Shown here: piece after piece, positions 63,102-64,000 of the stretch
Layout of the letters: each line of letters opens with the position of its first letter
How positions within the stretch are numbered: position 1 is the first letter of the stretch
Source: Anaeromyxobacter sp.
Lineage (GTDB): Bacteria; Myxococcota; Myxococcia; Myxococcales; Anaeromyxobacteraceae
Length of the DNA: 64,000 bases
NCBI GenBank assembly: GCA_049840735.1
Contig: JASGJN010000020.1
Coordinates: 576,001-640,000, forward strand
Direction: 5' to 3'
Translations under genes and position numbers: made by a program
The notes under the pieces: model-generated
Databases searched by the model: none
The model's input: only the letters and a program-made list of their open reading frames with translations
What the model was told of the DNA's origin: nothing

Positions 63102-64000
63102 GGCGCCGCGTCCGGCAGCTCGGGGTGGACCGGCGCGGGCGGGCCCGGCGGCCTGGACCGTGGCGCGCCCGGGCCCAGATCGCTCCACCAGCCGGCGGTG
63201 AGGCCGAAGAAGCCGTAGCTGCTGGCCATGTCGCCGGAGGCGCCCACGTAGCCGTCCCAGGGCCAGAAGGGCACGCGCACCTCGAAGCCGTAGGTGCCGT
63301 GGAGGCGGGCCGGCTCGCCGGTGCGGGACGGCTCGAAGTAGGCGCCCGTGCGCAGCCGCAGCCAGGTGGGCCAGGCCTCCCACTCGAGCCCGCCGCGCGC
63401 GACCAGGCTGGGCGACCGCCCGGACCGGACCACCTCGGCCCCCTCCACCACGGTGGAGGTGAAGCTGACCGCGTCCTTGGCCGGGCCCACCAGAATCGAG
63501 CTGGAAGGTGAGCAGCACCGGCTGGCGGCGATCCGCGTCCCAGGCCAGCGGCTCGCCCTGCCCCGGCGCCAGCGCCAGCGCGGCCGGAGACGGCTCGTTG
63601 TAGCGCCGCGCGTTGGGCCCCACCCAGCCGGCGATGCCGACCGAGAGGGACCACGGGAAGACGAAGGCGGTGGGCGTCGGGAACGGCATGACGCTCCGAT
63701 CGCCCTTGGTGCGCGCGCTGGAGGCGGTGGCCACGGCCGCCCCCAGCCGCCAGCGCTCGCCGCGCGGCTTCCAGAGCCCACCCACCCGGACCCGCAGCGC
63801 GTCGTAGCCCAGGCGCGCCAGCGCCTGCTCTCCGCTCTTCGCGACCACCTCGCCGTGCGTGTCGGTGAGGCTCACCCCCACCACCCAGCTGTCGAGCCCT
63901 CCCGACCAGCCCGTCACCAGCGCCAGGTCGTAGGCCGCCACCCGCTCGGTCTGGCCGGAGCGAGGCGCCTCCACGCCCCACTGCGTCACCAGGAAGCCGA
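63098..64000 (-). CDS. Partial hypothetical protein, possibly an outer-membrane beta-barrel; 5' end outside the window, frameshift near 63495
   Basis: Alternating aromatic/hydrophobic strands (RWRLGAAV, WSLSVGIAGW; GGLEWEAWPTWLRLRTGAYFEP, HGTYGFEVRV, GLTAGWW). Confidence 0.55.

Overview
GC-rich bacterial chromosomal window. Gene content and style suggest an Anaeromyxobacter/Myxococcota-like organism, which is an inference. It holds about 50 protein genes; I saw no rRNA, tRNA, CRISPR array, transposase or phage genes. About a quarter of the genes, including conserved housekeeping ones, are broken by single-base frameshifts, which most likely reflects unpolished long-read assembly rather than real pseudogenes. 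Main content: HtrA protease with a QseBC/PmrAB-like two-component system; purine/nucleoside ABC transporter with gpt; pflB-pflA divergent from a PPi-type PEP carboxykinase; two GH13 glycosidases; a REC/HDOD/atypical-kinase/hemerythrin signalling cluster; a Propionibacterium-type transcarboxylase operon (5S-12S-small ORF-1.3S) divergent from glgC; Prim-Pol and LigC repair genes; PPi-dependent phosphofructokinase; rubrerythrin; a RIO-like kinase with an RGG-rich neighbour; a trans-sulfuration enzyme; an RND efflux operon; and argG. Most interesting: (1) a pyrophosphate-centred fermentation gene set (PPi-PFK, PPi-PEPCK, PFL, transcarboxylase, GlgC); (2) a REP-like palindrome family of 13 copies with covarying stems, two of them in-frame inside the RIO kinase tail; (3) a ~190-nt rod-like hairpin between 13-bp direct repeats (candidate ncRNA or MITE); (4) a lipoprotein fusing the alpha-amylase-associated C-terminal domain to an HExxH peptidase-like domain.
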